DNA of 43,101 bases from Gemmatimonadaceae bacterium (GCA_033763905.1 JANRJP010000032.1:1-43101), one strand, 5' to 3'; shown: positions 9,134-18,605, counted from the first letter of the stretch. Program-made: numbers and translations. The notes: generated by a model not told the origin, from the letters alone.

Positions 9134-9732
9134 TGGTGGTCCTTCTCCTTCTCGCCATCCTTCTCGACGACCACACCTTCGGGACCCTTCGCGTTCGCCG
9201 GATGGGTGTCGTGGATCGAGATCACGTACGCCACGACCTGATCGACTTCGGCGGGCTTGAGCGTCTTGCCCCAGGGCGGCATACCCTTCTGCAGCACGCC
9301 ATTCACCACCGTGGCGTGAATCTCGCGCGGGCTGCCGCCGTGAATCCACGCGTCATCGGTGAGATTCGGTCCGATCTGCCCGCCGCCGGCCGCACCGTGG
9401 CAGGCCGCGCAATTGCGGGTGAAGACGCCCTGACCGGCACTGACGGCGGCGGCGTCGTTGACCAGCGCCACGAGCGACGCCTCCGACACCGTCGGGGCCT
9501 CGGGTGCCGGGGGATGCGCCTTCTCGTACGCCGCGATCTCGGACGCGTACAGGGCTTCCTTCGTGCCGCCTGCACCCATCAGACCGGGCGCGGCGTAGTA
9601 CACAGGGACGAAGATGATCGTGACCCAGAAGAGATAGACCCACCAGCGCGGCATCGGGTTGTCGTACTCCTGGATGCCGTCGTAGTTGTGGTCGAGCAGC
9701 TGGTCTTCCTGCGGGCGGTTCGGGGCAGTCAT
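9130..9732 (-). CDS. ccoP: cbb3-type cytochrome c oxidase subunit CcoP (single haem c)
   Basis: LLDHNYDGIQEYDNPMPRWW N-terminal signature, one CAACH, GPNLTD and GMPPW. TAATG overlap with ccoQ. Confidence 0.93.
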   Translation of the reverse strand: MTAPNRPQEDQLLDHNYDGIQEYDNPMPRWWVYLFWVTIIFVPVYYAAPGLMGAGGTKEALYASEIAAYEKAHPPAPEAPTVSEASLVALVNDAAAVSAGQGVFTRNCAACHGAAGGGQIGPNLTDDAWIHGGSPREIHATVVNGVLQKGMPPWGKTLKPAEVDQVVAYVISIHDTHPANAKGPEGVVVEKDGEKEKDHQ

Positions 9733-9929
9733 TACGACTCCGTGCCGCGCGGCCGCGGCTCCTGAGGATTCAGATCGTCGAGCGGCATCCGGCTCTGCAG
9801 GTCGTAGCCCGCCCGAAATCGCGGCGCGAACACGCGCCACAGGACGCCGACAAAGGCAATGGCAAAGAGGATCAGGGCGATCTCGGCGTAGGCCGAGAGT
9901 CCCGAGTTCGACATAATGGCGGTGCGCAT
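9732..9929 (-). CDS. ccoQ: cbb3-type oxidase subunit CcoQ
   Basis: 65 aa with a single TM (IALILFAIAFVGVLWRVF) and SRMPLDD. Lies between ccoNO and ccoP. Confidence 0.85.
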   Translation of the reverse strand: MRTAIMSNSGLSAYAEIALILFAIAFVGVLWRVFAPRFRAGYDLQSRMPLDDLNPQEPRPRGTES

Positions 9930-9932
9930 CGA

Positions 9933-12140
9933 CTACTGGCCCCCGTGTGCTGCGGCCGGTGCGCTGGTGCTCGCCGTCGTGGCGGCCTTCAGGTCGCGAC
10001 CGAGTCGCTGGAGATACGCCACCATCGCGATGATCTCCTTGTCGGCGAGACCGTCAGGGCCACCCTGCGACACGATCGCTGCCGCGAGTTCCGTGGCCTG
10101 CGCGCGAGCCATCGCCGACGCCTGACCGGCCTTGACCGCGTCACCATAGGGCACGCCGAGCATCGCCATCGCATCGACACGCGACTGAATGCCCGCGAAG
10201 TCCAGCGCCTTCTGCTCCAGCTGCGGGTACGCCGGCATAATCGACCGCTGCACGATCTCGCGCGGGTTGGCCATATGCCGCACGTGCCAGAGGTCGGGGT
10301 ACTTGCCGCCGACGCGAGCGAGATCCGGACCGATGCGGCGCGATCCCCACAGGAACGGATGGTCGTACACCGACTCGCCGGGCTTCGAGTACTCGCCGTA
10401 GCGCTCCGTCTCCCAGCGGAAGGGCCGGACCATCTGCGAGTGGCAGTTGAAGCATCCCTCGCGGATGTACAGATCGCGGCCCGCGAGCTCGAGCGGCGTG
10501 TACGGCTTCACGCTCGCAATCGTGGGGACGTTCGACTTGATCAGGAACGTCGGCAGGATCTCGAAGAGCGACGCGACGATCACGGCAACGGCCGTCATCA
10601 CGCTGAACGTGAGCGGCAGCCCTTCCCACGCGCGGTGCCAATTCAGGCTGACGAACCCGCCGGTCGAGGTGTGCGCGCCCTGCGCGGCCGCCAGCGGCGG
10701 GGCCTGCAGTACCGGGTTGGTGTAGGCCGCTGGCCGCGCGCGCCAGGTCATCAGCAGGTTGTAGACGCCGACGATCACGCCCGCGAGATACATCGTGCCA
10801 CCCGCCACGCGGACCCAGTACATCGGCATCAGCTTCATCACCGTCTCGACGAAGTCGGGGTAGGCCAACCGACCCGTTTCATCGAACGCGCGCCACATTA
10901 GCCCCTGCGTGACGCCGCCGGAGTAGATCGCCGCCACGTACAGCAGAATGCCGAAGGTCCCGAGCCAGAAATGGATCTCCATCAAGCGCTTGCTGTGCAG
11001 CGGCGCCTGGAAGATCCGCGGCGCGAGCCAGTAGGCCATCCCGAAGGTGAGGAAGCCGTTCCAGCCCAGCGCCCCGGTATGCACGTGCGCGATGACCCAG
11101 TCGGTGTAGTGGGCGAGCGAGTTGACCGTCTTGATCGAGAGCATCGGGCCCTCGAAGGTCGACATCCCGTACGCCGTCACCGCCACCACGAAGAACTTGA
11201 GGATCGGATCGTCGGCCACCTTGCTCCACGCGCCGCGCAACGTGAGCAGGCCGTTCACCATCCCGCCCCAGCTCGGCATCCAGAGCATCACCGAGAACAG
11301 CATCCCGAAGGTGCTCGCCCAGTCCGGCAGGGCGGTGTAGTGCAGGTGGTGCGGGCCGGCCCAGATGTAGAGGAACACCAGCGACCAGAAGTGCAGAATC
11401 GACAGCCGGTACGAGAACACCGGCCGCTCGACCGCCTTCGGCATGAAGTAGTACATCAGGCCGAGGAACGGCGTCGTCAGGAAGAACGCCACCGCGTTGT
11501 GGCCGTACCACCACTGCATGAACGCGTCCTGCACGCCGGCGTAGATGCTGTAGCTCTTGAGCGGACCGGCGGGCAGCGAGAGGTTGTTGAAGATGTGCAG
11601 CAGCGCGACGGTGATGATCGACGCGATGTAGAACCAGATCGCGACGTAGAGATGCCGTTCGCGGCGCTTGGCGATGGTGCCGAAGAAGTTGATCCCGAAC
11701 GCCACCCACACCACGGCGATCGCGATGTCGATCGGCCATTCGAGTTCGGCGTACTCCTTGGCCTGCGTGAAGCCCAGCGGCAGCGTCAGCGCGGCCGAGA
11801 CGATGATGGCCTGCCAGCCCCAGAAGTGGAACTTGCTCAGCGCGTCGGAGAACATCCGCGCCTTGAGCAGGCGTTGGGAGCTGTAGTACACGCCGGTGAA
11901 GACCGCATTGCCGGCGAAGGCGAAGATGACGGCGTTGGTGTGCAGCGGCCGCAAGCGGCCGAAGCTGAGCCAGGGCAGTTCGCCGATGTTGAAGATCGGG
12001 TTCGCCATCTGGAGGGCGATGAGCACCCCGACCAGCATTCCGACGACTCCCCAGAGGAGTGTGGCGAAGAGGAACTTTCGAACGATGTCGTCGTCGTACG
12101 AGAAACTCTCGAGACGGGCGGCGGCGGCACCAACGGCCAT
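9933..12140 (-). CDS. ccoN: Fused cbb3-type cytochrome c oxidase subunits I+II (CcoNO)
   Basis: FGRLRPLHTNAVIFAF, QWWYGHNAVAF, WAGPHHL and HVHTGALGW, then the CcoO part YTPLELAGRDLYIREGCFNCHSQMVRP...WGSRRIGPDL. ATG 12140 has GGAG upstream. Confidence 0.97.
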   Translation of the reverse strand: MAVGAAAARLESFSYDDDIVRKFLFATLLWGVVGMLVGVLIALQMANPIFNIGELPWLSFGRLRPLHTNAVIFAFAGNAVFTGVYYSSQRLLKARMFSDALSKFHFWGWQAIIVSAALTLPLGFTQAKEYAELEWPIDIAIAVVWVAFGINFFGTIAKRRERHLYVAIWFYIASIITVALLHIFNNLSLPAGPLKSYSIYAGVQDAFMQWWYGHNAVAFFLTTPFLGLMYYFMPKAVERPVFSYRLSILHFWSLVFLYIWAGPHHLHYTALPDWASTFGMLFSVMLWMPSWGGMVNGLLTLRGAWSKVADDPILKFFVVAVTAYGMSTFEGPMLSIKTVNSLAHYTDWVIAHVHTGALGWNGFLTFGMAYWLAPRIFQAPLHSKRLMEIHFWLGTFGILLYVAAIYSGGVTQGLMWRAFDETGRLAYPDFVETVMKLMPMYWVRVAGGTMYLAGVIVGVYNLLMTWRARPAAYTNPVLQAPPLAAAQGAHTSTGGFVSLNWHRAWEGLPLTFSVMTAVAVIVASLFEILPTFLIKSNVPTIASVKPYTPLELAGRDLYIREGCFNCHSQMVRPFRWETERYGEYSKPGESVYDHPFLWGSRRIGPDLARVGGKYPDLWHVRHMANPREIVQRSIMPAYPQLEQKALDFAGIQSRVDAMAMLGVPYGDAVKAGQASAMARAQATELAAAIVSQGGPDGLADKEIIAMVAYLQRLGRDLKAATTASTSAPAAAHGGQ

Positions 12141-12168
12141 ACCGGACTCCGGACGTACGGGGGGAGGT

Positions 12169-12273
12169 AAAGGGGAATGCAGAAACCTCCTCTTGGGGAC
12201 TGGGGCCAACCGTCGGGGGACTCCCGATGCTCTGTGGGGGGGCTCCGGCGCCCAAGTAGGGGAATCCGGCGAT
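12169..12273. promoter_or_regulatory. Phased GGGG(A/G)(A/C)TCC-like repeats upstream of ccoNO; candidate activator sites
   Basis: GTCGGGGGACTCCCGATG at 12212, GTGGGGGGGCTCCGGCG at 12234 and GTAGGGGAATCCGGCG at 12256, with weaker copies at 12192 and 12169. Confidence 0.45.
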
Positions 12274-12325
12274 CGCCGTGGCGCTCTCGCCGCCCCTGTG
12301 CCGCCCGCGCGATCGAACAAACGCG

Positions 12326-12361
12326 ACACGGGGGATCGGCATTGCTGCCGATCCCCCGTGT
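12326..12361 (-). terminator. Intrinsic terminator-like hairpin after the 58-aa gene
   Basis: Perfect 16-bp stem ACACGGGGGATCGGCA-GCAA-TGCCGATCCCCCGTGT with a GNRA loop, followed by CGCGTTTGTT on the minus strand. Confidence 0.75.
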
Positions 12362-12384
12362 GGTTCCGCGAGTGCGCGGTGGAG

Positions 12385-12561
12385 TTACTGCGGCGTCGGC
12401 GCTGCTTCGGCAGCCGGCGCGGCTTCGGCCTTGTGGCCTTCGAACTTCCCATTCGTCCAGAGGACGAGTCCGTACATCACGGCGCCGATGAAAATGGCGC
12501 CCGTGATGAGGCCCGTGTACGCGGCCTTCTTGTCTTCGGGGTGGTGCGTCGCGTGTGACAT
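12385..12561 (-). CDS. Small 58-aa single-pass membrane protein
   Basis: MSHATHHPEDKKAAYTGLITGAIFIGAVMYGLVLWTNGKFEGHKAEAAPAAEAAPTPQ. GAGG lies about 8 nt upstream, codons are GC3-rich, and a terminator follows. Confidence 0.8.
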   Translation of the reverse strand: MSHATHHPEDKKAAYTGLITGAIFIGAVMYGLVLWTNGKFEGHKAEAAPAAEAAPTPQ

Positions 12562-12577
12562 GCGGAATCCTCGTGGC

Positions 12578-13039
12578 TCAGGAGACGCGGACCGACGTCA
12601 TTACGTCGTTCCCGACGATCTTCATCACGGCGTCGATGCCGGACGTGACCTGCCCGAACACCGTGTGCACCCCGTTGAGGTGGCGCGTGTTGTCTTCGGA
12701 CAGGACGATGAAGAACTGGCTGCCGCCCGTATCCTTGCCGGCGTGCGCCATCGAGAGCGCGCCGACCTTGTGGGTGTGCGGGTTGCCCTTGGTCTCGCAC
12801 TTGATCTGCCAGCCGGGCCCACCGGTGCCGACGCGGGGGTGGCCATTCGGGAGATCGCGGGAGAGCGGGTCACCGCCCTGGACGACGAAGTCGGGAATCA
12901 CGCGATGGAACTTCACGCCGTCGTAGAACCCGGAGTTCGCGAGCTTTTCGAAGTTGGCGACCGTACCCGGCGCCTCGGCGTCGTACAACTCGGCGACGAT
13001 CGTGCCGCGATTGGTTTCGAAGGTTGCAGTCTTGGGCAT
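12578..13039 (-). CDS. Cyclophilin-type peptidyl-prolyl cis-trans isomerase
   Basis: [39 protein letters not shown] and [12 protein letters not shown]. Confidence 0.97.
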   Translation of the reverse strand: MPKTATFETNRGTIVAELYDAEAPGTVANFEKLANSGFYDGVKFHRVIPDFVVQGGDPLSRDLPNGHPRVGTGGPGWQIKCETKGNPHTHKVGALSMAHAGKDTGGSQFFIVLSEDNTRHLNGVHTVFGQVTSGIDAVMKIVGNDVMTSVRVS

Positions 13040-13060
13040 TGGGAGTCTCGAGGAAACGCG

Positions 13061-13090
13061 ATCGGCCGCAACGGCCGATGATGCAAGCTA
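13061..13090 (-). promoter_or_regulatory. Putative -10 (TAGCTT, 13090-13085) and 8-bp hairpin upstream of the cyclophilin gene
   Basis: ATCGGCCG-TTG-CGGCCGAT stem at 13079-13061. It may be a 5' stabiliser or the terminator of the upstream TonB-C gene. Confidence 0.4.
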
Positions 13091-13134
13091 AGGCGTGGCG
13101 CAGCCGCGCGCCCGCCACGGGATGGACCGAACGG

Positions 13135-13593
13135 TCAGCCGCCGGCCTTGAAGCCGAACTTGTAGGGCCGCTCGATCTTGCACCCCCGGTGCATTGCCGG
13201 CGTGAAGCTCCACTTCGCGATCGCGTTCTTCGCGTTCGTGGTGTACCAGCTGTGGCTGGACTTCACCACCGTGAACGTCTTCATCTGCGGCTTGCCGAGG
13301 GTGTCGACGACGACCGTGACTTCGAGCTCCGGCGTGCGATCCGCCGCGAGCACGCGGGCGGGCACCGGCGTCCGCACGGCGGCAGGCTTCATCGCGACGG
13401 GGACGGCTGGCTGCTCGACGGTCGCGCTCCCGCTGGCGGCCAGCTCGGCGCGAATGCCGCCGCAGCCGTCATTGGAGATGGCCATCGCCGGGGCGGGGGG
13501 CGGCGGCGTGGCGGGCGCGCCGGCACAGGCGGCGAGGAGCGACGCGCCGAGGGTGACGACGAGTGATGCGTACGGGACGAGAGATCGAGGCAT
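13135..13593 (-). CDS. Lipoprotein with TonB C-terminal-like domain
   Basis: Lipobox LAAC, Pro-rich linker, then VTVVVDTLGKP...VVKSSH...AKNAIAKWSFTPAM, a TonB_C pattern. The ORF track extends this to 14430, which is antisense to the porin. Confidence 0.7.
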   Translation of the reverse strand: MPRSLVPYASLVVTLGASLLAACAGAPATPPPPAPAMAISNDGCGGIRAELAASGSATVEQPAVPVAMKPAAVRTPVPARVLAADRTPELEVTVVVDTLGKPQMKTFTVVKSSHSWYTTNAKNAIAKWSFTPAMHRGCKIERPYKFGFKAGG

Positions 13594-13650
13594 TCCGTAA
13601 TCTAGCGCCCGATGCTGGCGTCGGTTGAAGCCGCCGATAGCTTCTCCCCG

Positions 13651-14763
13651 ATGCTGAGCCGCTGCGTTGTGGTTGTACTGGCCGCCGCGCTTGGCGCGCA
13701 CCCGTGCGTCGTCGCGGGCCAGCCGTCGCGCCCCACGCCGACGATCACGTGGTCCGGCTATCTCGACGGCTATCTCGCGCTCGACGCGGGCCGGCCACGC
13801 ACGCTCGACCGACCGTACACGACCACGGCGGCGCGGCACGCCGAATTCAATATCAATCTGGCGCACGTCGCCGTGTCCTATGACGCCCCGCGCGTGCGCG
13901 GTCGGTTGGCACTCCAAGCGGGCACATCGGTGCAGGCCAACTACGCGTCGGAGCCAACGGTGGGGATGCTCAGCGGGTCCAGTCTGGCCCGGCACCTGCA
14001 AGAGGCCTACGCCGGCGTGCAGCTCGACGACGATCTCTGGCTCGACGCCGGCGTGTACTTCGCCCCCTTCGGTCGCGAGAGCTGGATCTCGGCGGACAAC
14101 TGGACCTACACGCGGTCGCTGATCGCCGACAACTCGCCGTACTATCAGTCGGGCGTGAAGCTCTCGTGGCAGGCGGCGCCGTCGCTGGCGCTGCAGTTCA
14201 ACGTGATGAACGGCTGGCAGAACATCAGCGAAACGAACGACGACAAAGCGTTGGCGGTGAGTGCGGACTGGACGTTTCGTCCGCACCAGGTGCTGAGCTA
14301 CGACGCCTTCTTCGGCAACGAAGCGCCGGACAGCGTGCCGTCGAGATTCCGTACCTTCCACGAGGTCTCGTGGCAGGGCCGCGTCAGCACCCGCGTCGAC
14401 GGAATGGCCACGCTCGACGTCGGTCGCCAAGCGCGGAGCTCGGGCGGAGGGACTGCCGCGACGTGGTGGGGTGGCGCGGTACTCACTCGGCTTGCGCTGC
14501 GTCCCAACACCGCGTGGCTTGCCCTGCGGGTCGAGACCTACGCCGACCGCGACAACGTCCTCGTGTCGACCAACGGTGCGGGGGAGTTCGTCGTCCGCGG
14601 CGGGTCGGTGAACCTCGACCTCGCGCCGGCGTCGGGGATCTTGTGGCGCAGCGAGCTTCGCGTGCTCGGCGCGACGCGCGCGGTCTTCCCGGATCGTGAC
14701 ACGGCGAGCGGCACCGGCACCCGATCGATCGGCCTCACCACATCGCTGGCGCTGCGGTTCTGA
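13651..14763 (+). CDS. Outer-membrane beta-barrel porin (BBP2/OmpL-like)
   Basis: Signal peptide, SGYLDGY, LQEAYAG, GRESWISADNWTYTRSLIADNSPYYQSG, NGWQNISETN and a C-terminal Phe. Confidence 0.85.
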   Translation: MLSRCVVVVLAAALGAHPCVVAGQPSRPTPTITWSGYLDGYLALDAGRPRTLDRPYTTTAARHAEFNINLAHVAVSYDAPRVRGRLALQAGTSVQANYASEPTVGMLSGSSLARHLQEAYAGVQLDDDLWLDAGVYFAPFGRESWISADNWTYTRSLIADNSPYYQSGVKLSWQAAPSLALQFNVMNGWQNISETNDDKALAVSADWTFRPHQVLSYDAFFGNEAPDSVPSRFRTFHEVSWQGRVSTRVDGMATLDVGRQARSSGGGTAATWWGGAVLTRLALRPNTAWLALRVETYADRDNVLVSTNGAGEFVVRGGSVNLDLAPASGILWRSELRVLGATRAVFPDRDTASGTGTRSIGLTTSLALRF

Positions 14764-14792
14764 CGCATTGCGGCGCTACCGCCTGACTCGCG

Positions 14793-15467
14793 CTAGCGCT
14801 CCACCGACGGGCAGCGATCAGCGAGCGGGCACTCGCCGCACTTAGGCCTACGCGCGTCGCACAAGCGACGGCCGTGCCAGATCATCCGGTGCGAGACCAT
14901 CGTCCACTCGTCGCGCGGGAAGAGTGGCATCAGGTCCTGCTCGATCTTGACCGCGTCGGTCTCGCTGGTCAGCCCGAGCCGGCGGGCGATGCGGCCGACG
15001 TGCGTATCGACGACCACACCGACGTTGATGCCGAACGCGTTGCCGAGGACGACGTTGGCGGTCTTGCGTCCCACACCGGGCAACGGCGTCAGCGCGTCCA
15101 TATCGGCGGGTACGTTGCCGCCGTGCTGCTCGACCAGGGCGGTCGCCATCCCGATCAGGTTCTTGGCTTTCGAGCGGTAGAACCCCGTGCTTTGTACGAT
15201 GCGCTCGACATCCTCGAGCCGGGCGTTGGCCAGCGCGTGGGCGTCGGGGTAGGCGGCGAAGAGCGCGGGCGTCACCTGATTCACGCGCTTGTCGGTGCAC
15301 TGCGCGCTGAGGATCGTCGCCGCGAGCAACTCGAAGGCATTGCGATGGTCGAGTTCGCAAAACGCGTCAGGGTACAGCGCCGTGAGGACCTCCCACACGG
15401 CGGCGGCCTGCGCCGCCCGCGCCGCTTTGCTGCGCGGGCGCGGGGGCCGAGCGCTCCGCGTCGGCAT
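14793..15467 (-). CDS. nth: Endonuclease III
   Basis: [38 protein letters not shown] and the FeS motif [22 protein letters not shown] overlap with polX. Confidence 0.97.
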   Translation of the reverse strand: MPTRSARPPRPRSKAARAAQAAAVWEVLTALYPDAFCELDHRNAFELLAATILSAQCTDKRVNQVTPALFAAYPDAHALANARLEDVERIVQSTGFYRSKAKNLIGMATALVEQHGGNVPADMDALTPLPGVGRKTANVVLGNAFGINVGVVVDTHVGRIARRLGLTSETDAVKIEQDLMPLFPRDEWTMVSHRMIWHGRRLCDARRPKCGECPLADRCPSVER

Positions 15468-17200
15468 CAGCCGACTGTCGCCGTGCGACGCGCTCGGGCG
15501 AACGCCAGCACGTCGTCGGCGCTGCGGGCGTTGAGCACGTGACCGGCTTCGAGGCCGCCCTTGCGCGCCATTGCCACGCCGAGCGCAATGTGCTCGAGGC
15601 CGGTCGGCGAATGCGCGTCGGGGCCGATCTCGATCGACACGCCGTGACGCGCCGCAGTGGGCAGCCACCGCCAGTCGAGATCCATCCGGTGCGGATCGGC
15701 GTTGAGCTCAACCGCCACGCCGCGACGCCCCGCTTTCTCCAGCACGGCATCGAGATCGATCGCGTACGGCTCGCGGGTGAGCAGCAAACGCCCCGTCGGG
15801 TGACCCAGAATCGTCAGGTACGGATTGTCGAGCGCCTTGAGCACGCGCTCGGTCATTTGCGCCTGGTTCATTCCGAAGCGCGTGTGCACCGAGCCGATAA
15901 CGTAGTCGAAGGATTCCAGCGTGGCCTCGTCGTAATCGAGGCGACCGCAGGGCAGAATGTCGGCCTCGACGCCCTTCAGGACGCGGACATCGGCGCGCGA
16001 GGCGTTCAGGGCGTCGATCTCGGCGTGCTGTCGCCGAATGGCGTCGCGGTCCATCCCACCCGCGTGCGGATTCGACTGCGAGTGATCGCTGACGCCGACG
16101 TACTGCCAGCCCATCGCCGCCGCGGCATCGGCCAGCGCCGAGATCTGCGATCCGCCATCGCTGTAGCCCGAATGGCAGTGCAGGGCGCCGCGAATGGCCC
16201 CGACGTCGAGCATCGTCGGCAGCGTGCCGGTGGCGGCGCGATCGACTTCGTCGCGTGCTTCCCGCAGCTCGGGTGGCACCCACGCGAGGCCCGCCGCGGC
16301 ATACAGCGCCGCTTCGTCGGCGGTGACCACCACGCGGCCATCCGCATCGCGGAGCTGATCGCCCGTCACCTTGAGACCGCGCGAGGCCAGCCGACGCCGG
16401 ACCAGCGCGACGTGCTCTGCGCTGCCGGTCGTGCGCCACCACGTCGCCGCGAACTCGGCATCGGTGCAGGCGTGCAATCGCACGACAATGCCATCGTCGA
16501 GTCGCAGCGTGACCGCACGCCCACCGGCGCCTGAGGCCTCGCGCACCCGTGGGCCGTGCAGGAAGCTCGCAATCACCTCCTGCGGCGCCGTACGGCACGC
16601 GAGCACGAGATCGAAATCCCCGATCGTCTCGCTGGCCCGCCGGAGATCACCCGACAGTTCGGCGCGGACGACCCCGGGGTGCTCGCGGACCCAAGCCAGC
16701 AGTCGTGCCCCGTCCGCTTGTGCGTGCGGCAGCAGCACCGGCGTGCCCGTTTCGCGCAATTGCGCGATGCCGCGGAGCACCTTCTGGGCCATCTTCTCGC
16801 CGAACCGCGGCAGCGTCGACAGCCGCCCGTCGCGCGCGGCTTCTTCGAGCTCCTGCAGGGTCTCGATGCCGAGCCCCTCGTGCAGTTGGTGGATGCGTGT
16901 CGGGCCGAGGCTCGGGATGCGGAGCATCTCGAACAGCCCTTCCGGCGTGTCTTCGCGGAGCAGATCTCGCCGCTCGCTCTCGCCGGTGGTGGCGTACTCC
17001 TCGACGGCGGCGCGCGCCTGTGCGCTCAGCTCGGAGACGCGGGCAAGTGCGCCGTCCGCCGCCAGCTGTCGCAGGTCGGCGCCCTGCAAGGCGGCCAAGG
17101 CTCGTGCCCCCGCGCGAAACTCCGCCGCGTCGGGACGCCCCGCGAGCTCGAGCAGCGTCGCGATTTCGTCGAGCAGGTGGGCGGCGGCGCGGGCGTCCAT
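15467..17200 (-). CDS. polX: DNA polymerase X / PHP-domain protein (non-canonical polymerase site)
   Basis: Hh[32 protein letters not shown] and PPELRE. PHP motifs [24 protein letters not shown] and GPDAH. Confidence 0.92.
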   Translation of the reverse strand: MDARAAAHLLDEIATLLELAGRPDAAEFRAGARALAALQGADLRQLAADGALARVSELSAQARAAVEEYATTGESERRDLLREDTPEGLFEMLRIPSLGPTRIHQLHEGLGIETLQELEEAARDGRLSTLPRFGEKMAQKVLRGIAQLRETGTPVLLPHAQADGARLLAWVREHPGVVRAELSGDLRRASETIGDFDLVLACRTAPQEVIASFLHGPRVREASGAGGRAVTLRLDDGIVVRLHACTDAEFAATWWRTTGSAEHVALVRRRLASRGLKVTGDQLRDADGRVVVTADEAALYAAAGLAWVPPELREARDEVDRAATGTLPTMLDVGAIRGALHCHSGYSDGGSQISALADAAAAMGWQYVGVSDHSQSNPHAGGMDRDAIRRQHAEIDALNASRADVRVLKGVEADILPCGRLDYDEATLESFDYVIGSVHTRFGMNQAQMTERVLKALDNPYLTILGHPTGRLLLTREPYAIDLDAVLEKAGRRGVAVELNADPHRMDLDWRWLPTAARHGVSIEIGPDAHSPTGLEHIALGVAMARKGGLEAGHVLNARSADDVLAFARARRTATVG

Positions 17201-17268
17201 ACCGGCAAATATACCCCGATCGCTCGAGGGTTCCCGCTGTCCAACCGCCGGGACTCAGGCGACTGTCG

Positions 17269-17721
17269 TCAGGTATCCTGACCGGCGACGTCGCGGAGCC
17301 GATCGACGAGTTCGTGGAGCTGGCGCTCCGTCAGGTCGAGCTCGCCCGCTGCGCCTTCGACATCGAGCAGGCCGGCCCGCATCGAGATCGCGACCTGGTT
17401 CAAGTACCGGATCTTGGCCAGGATGTCGTCGGTGGCGCGCCGAAGGGCGCGGAAGCGCCGCTTCTCGGCGAGGGCACGCTTGTACCGAGCGGCGAGCTCG
17501 TCGTGGGTGAGCCGCTTCGCGAGTGCGAGGACCTCCTCTTTCGTCCGGCCGGGAAGCGCCCCGCGGTCCGGAATGCCCAGATCGTCCCACGATTCGTCGG
17601 CGAACCAGAGTCGTCCCACGTACTCGATGCCGTCGAACGTGATACGGCACGACGCGACGAACCGACGTCCGTCGGCGTCGATCGTCGAGATATACGGTTG
17701 CAGGACGTCATCGGTGGCCAT
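17269..17721 (-). CDS. Hypothetical protein (beta-rich N-terminus, helical/coiled-coil C-terminus)
   Basis: 150-aa ORF with typical codon bias and a TGATG overlap with the upstream hydrolase. Confidence 0.75.
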   Translation of the reverse strand: MATDDVLQPYISTIDADGRRFVASCRITFDGIEYVGRLWFADESWDDLGIPDRGALPGRTKEEVLALAKRLTHDELAARYKRALAEKRRFRALRRATDDILAKIRYLNQVAISMRAGLLDVEGAAGELDLTERQLHELVDRLRDVAGQDT

Positions 17722-18605
17722 CAGGCCGCTCCAGAAGTGGACGAGAGAAACCTATCGAGGGCCCCAAACAACGCAGGGGCCGCTTCGACATACGGCACGT
17801 GGCCGCAGTCGTCAAGGATGACACACTCGCCGCGAAGGGCGTCGGCGATGCGCGCTGCCGAGGCGACCGGAATGGGGTCCTCGCGGCCCGCCACCACGAG
17901 TGCGGGGACGTGCACCGTCCCGAGCCCCGCCGAAAGATCGTAGTCGCCCAAGCTCGCCCAGATCGACTTCTGGACCTTCTCGACGAGCCGGAATGGGGTG
18001 AGCCCCTGCGCACGTCGCGGGTCGTGAAACCACGGTGCCACCGCCGCCTCGAACACCAGGCGCCGATACGCATCGGGGTCGGAGGTCTTGAGCGGACTCG
18101 TCGCGACCGCTGCGCGCATCGCCTGCACGGCGGGCGACGCGGCGCGGGTGGCAAAGGCGCGATCGGCGTCGTCCTTGTCGCGACGGGCGATGCCGGCCGG
18201 ACTCACCAGCGCTAGCGCACTCGGCGTGACGCCCACGCGGCCGGCCGCGGCCTCGATCGCGGCGAGCATCGCCAGCAGGGCGCCCCAGGAGTATCCCACG
18301 ATCGTCGGTGGTCCGCCCGGCAACAACTCCGAAGCGACCAACGCCAGATCGGCGACCTGCGTCTGCCACGTGATCGGCTCCGGCTGATCCGTGCGAGAGC
18401 GACCGCCGCCTCGCTGATCGTACGTGATGACGCGATGCGTCGCGGTGAGGGCGAGCATCTGCGGGAGCAGATAGTCGTGATGCGCCCCCGGGCCGCCGTG
18501 GAGCAGGAGCAGCGGCGGATGCGTCGGCGCCCCCCATTCGGCCCAGTAGAGCGGAACGGGCGTCGACGAGGTGGTGCCGGAACGTGTCGGTGGCGGAATG
18601 GTCAT
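17721..18605 (-). CDS. Alpha/beta hydrolase, proline iminopeptidase-like
   Basis: LLHGGPG, YDQRGGGRS, nucleophile GYSWG, GREDP and CGHVPYVE. Confidence 0.88.
   Translation of the reverse strand: MTIPPPTRSGTTSSTPVPLYWAEWGAPTHPPLLLLHGGPGAHHDYLLPQMLALTATHRVITYDQRGGGRSRTDQPEPITWQTQVADLALVASELLPGGPPTIVGYSWGALLAMLAAIEAAAGRVGVTPSALALVSPAGIARRDKDDADRAFATRAASPAVQAMRAAVATSPLKTSDPDAYRRLVFEAAVAPWFHDPRRAQGLTPFRLVEKVQKSIWASLGDYDLSAGLGTVHVPALVVAGREDPIPVASAARIADALRGECVILDDCGHVPYVEAAPALFGALDRFLSSTSGAA

Noticed and set aside
12141..12452. N-terminal extension of CcoNO in the ORF track
   Set aside because: It crosses a terminator hairpin and the 58-aa gene. ATG 12140 has an SD and matches the family start.
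13594..14430. N-terminal extension of the TonB-C ORF
   Set aside because: Antisense to the porin. The lipoprotein signal begins at 13593.
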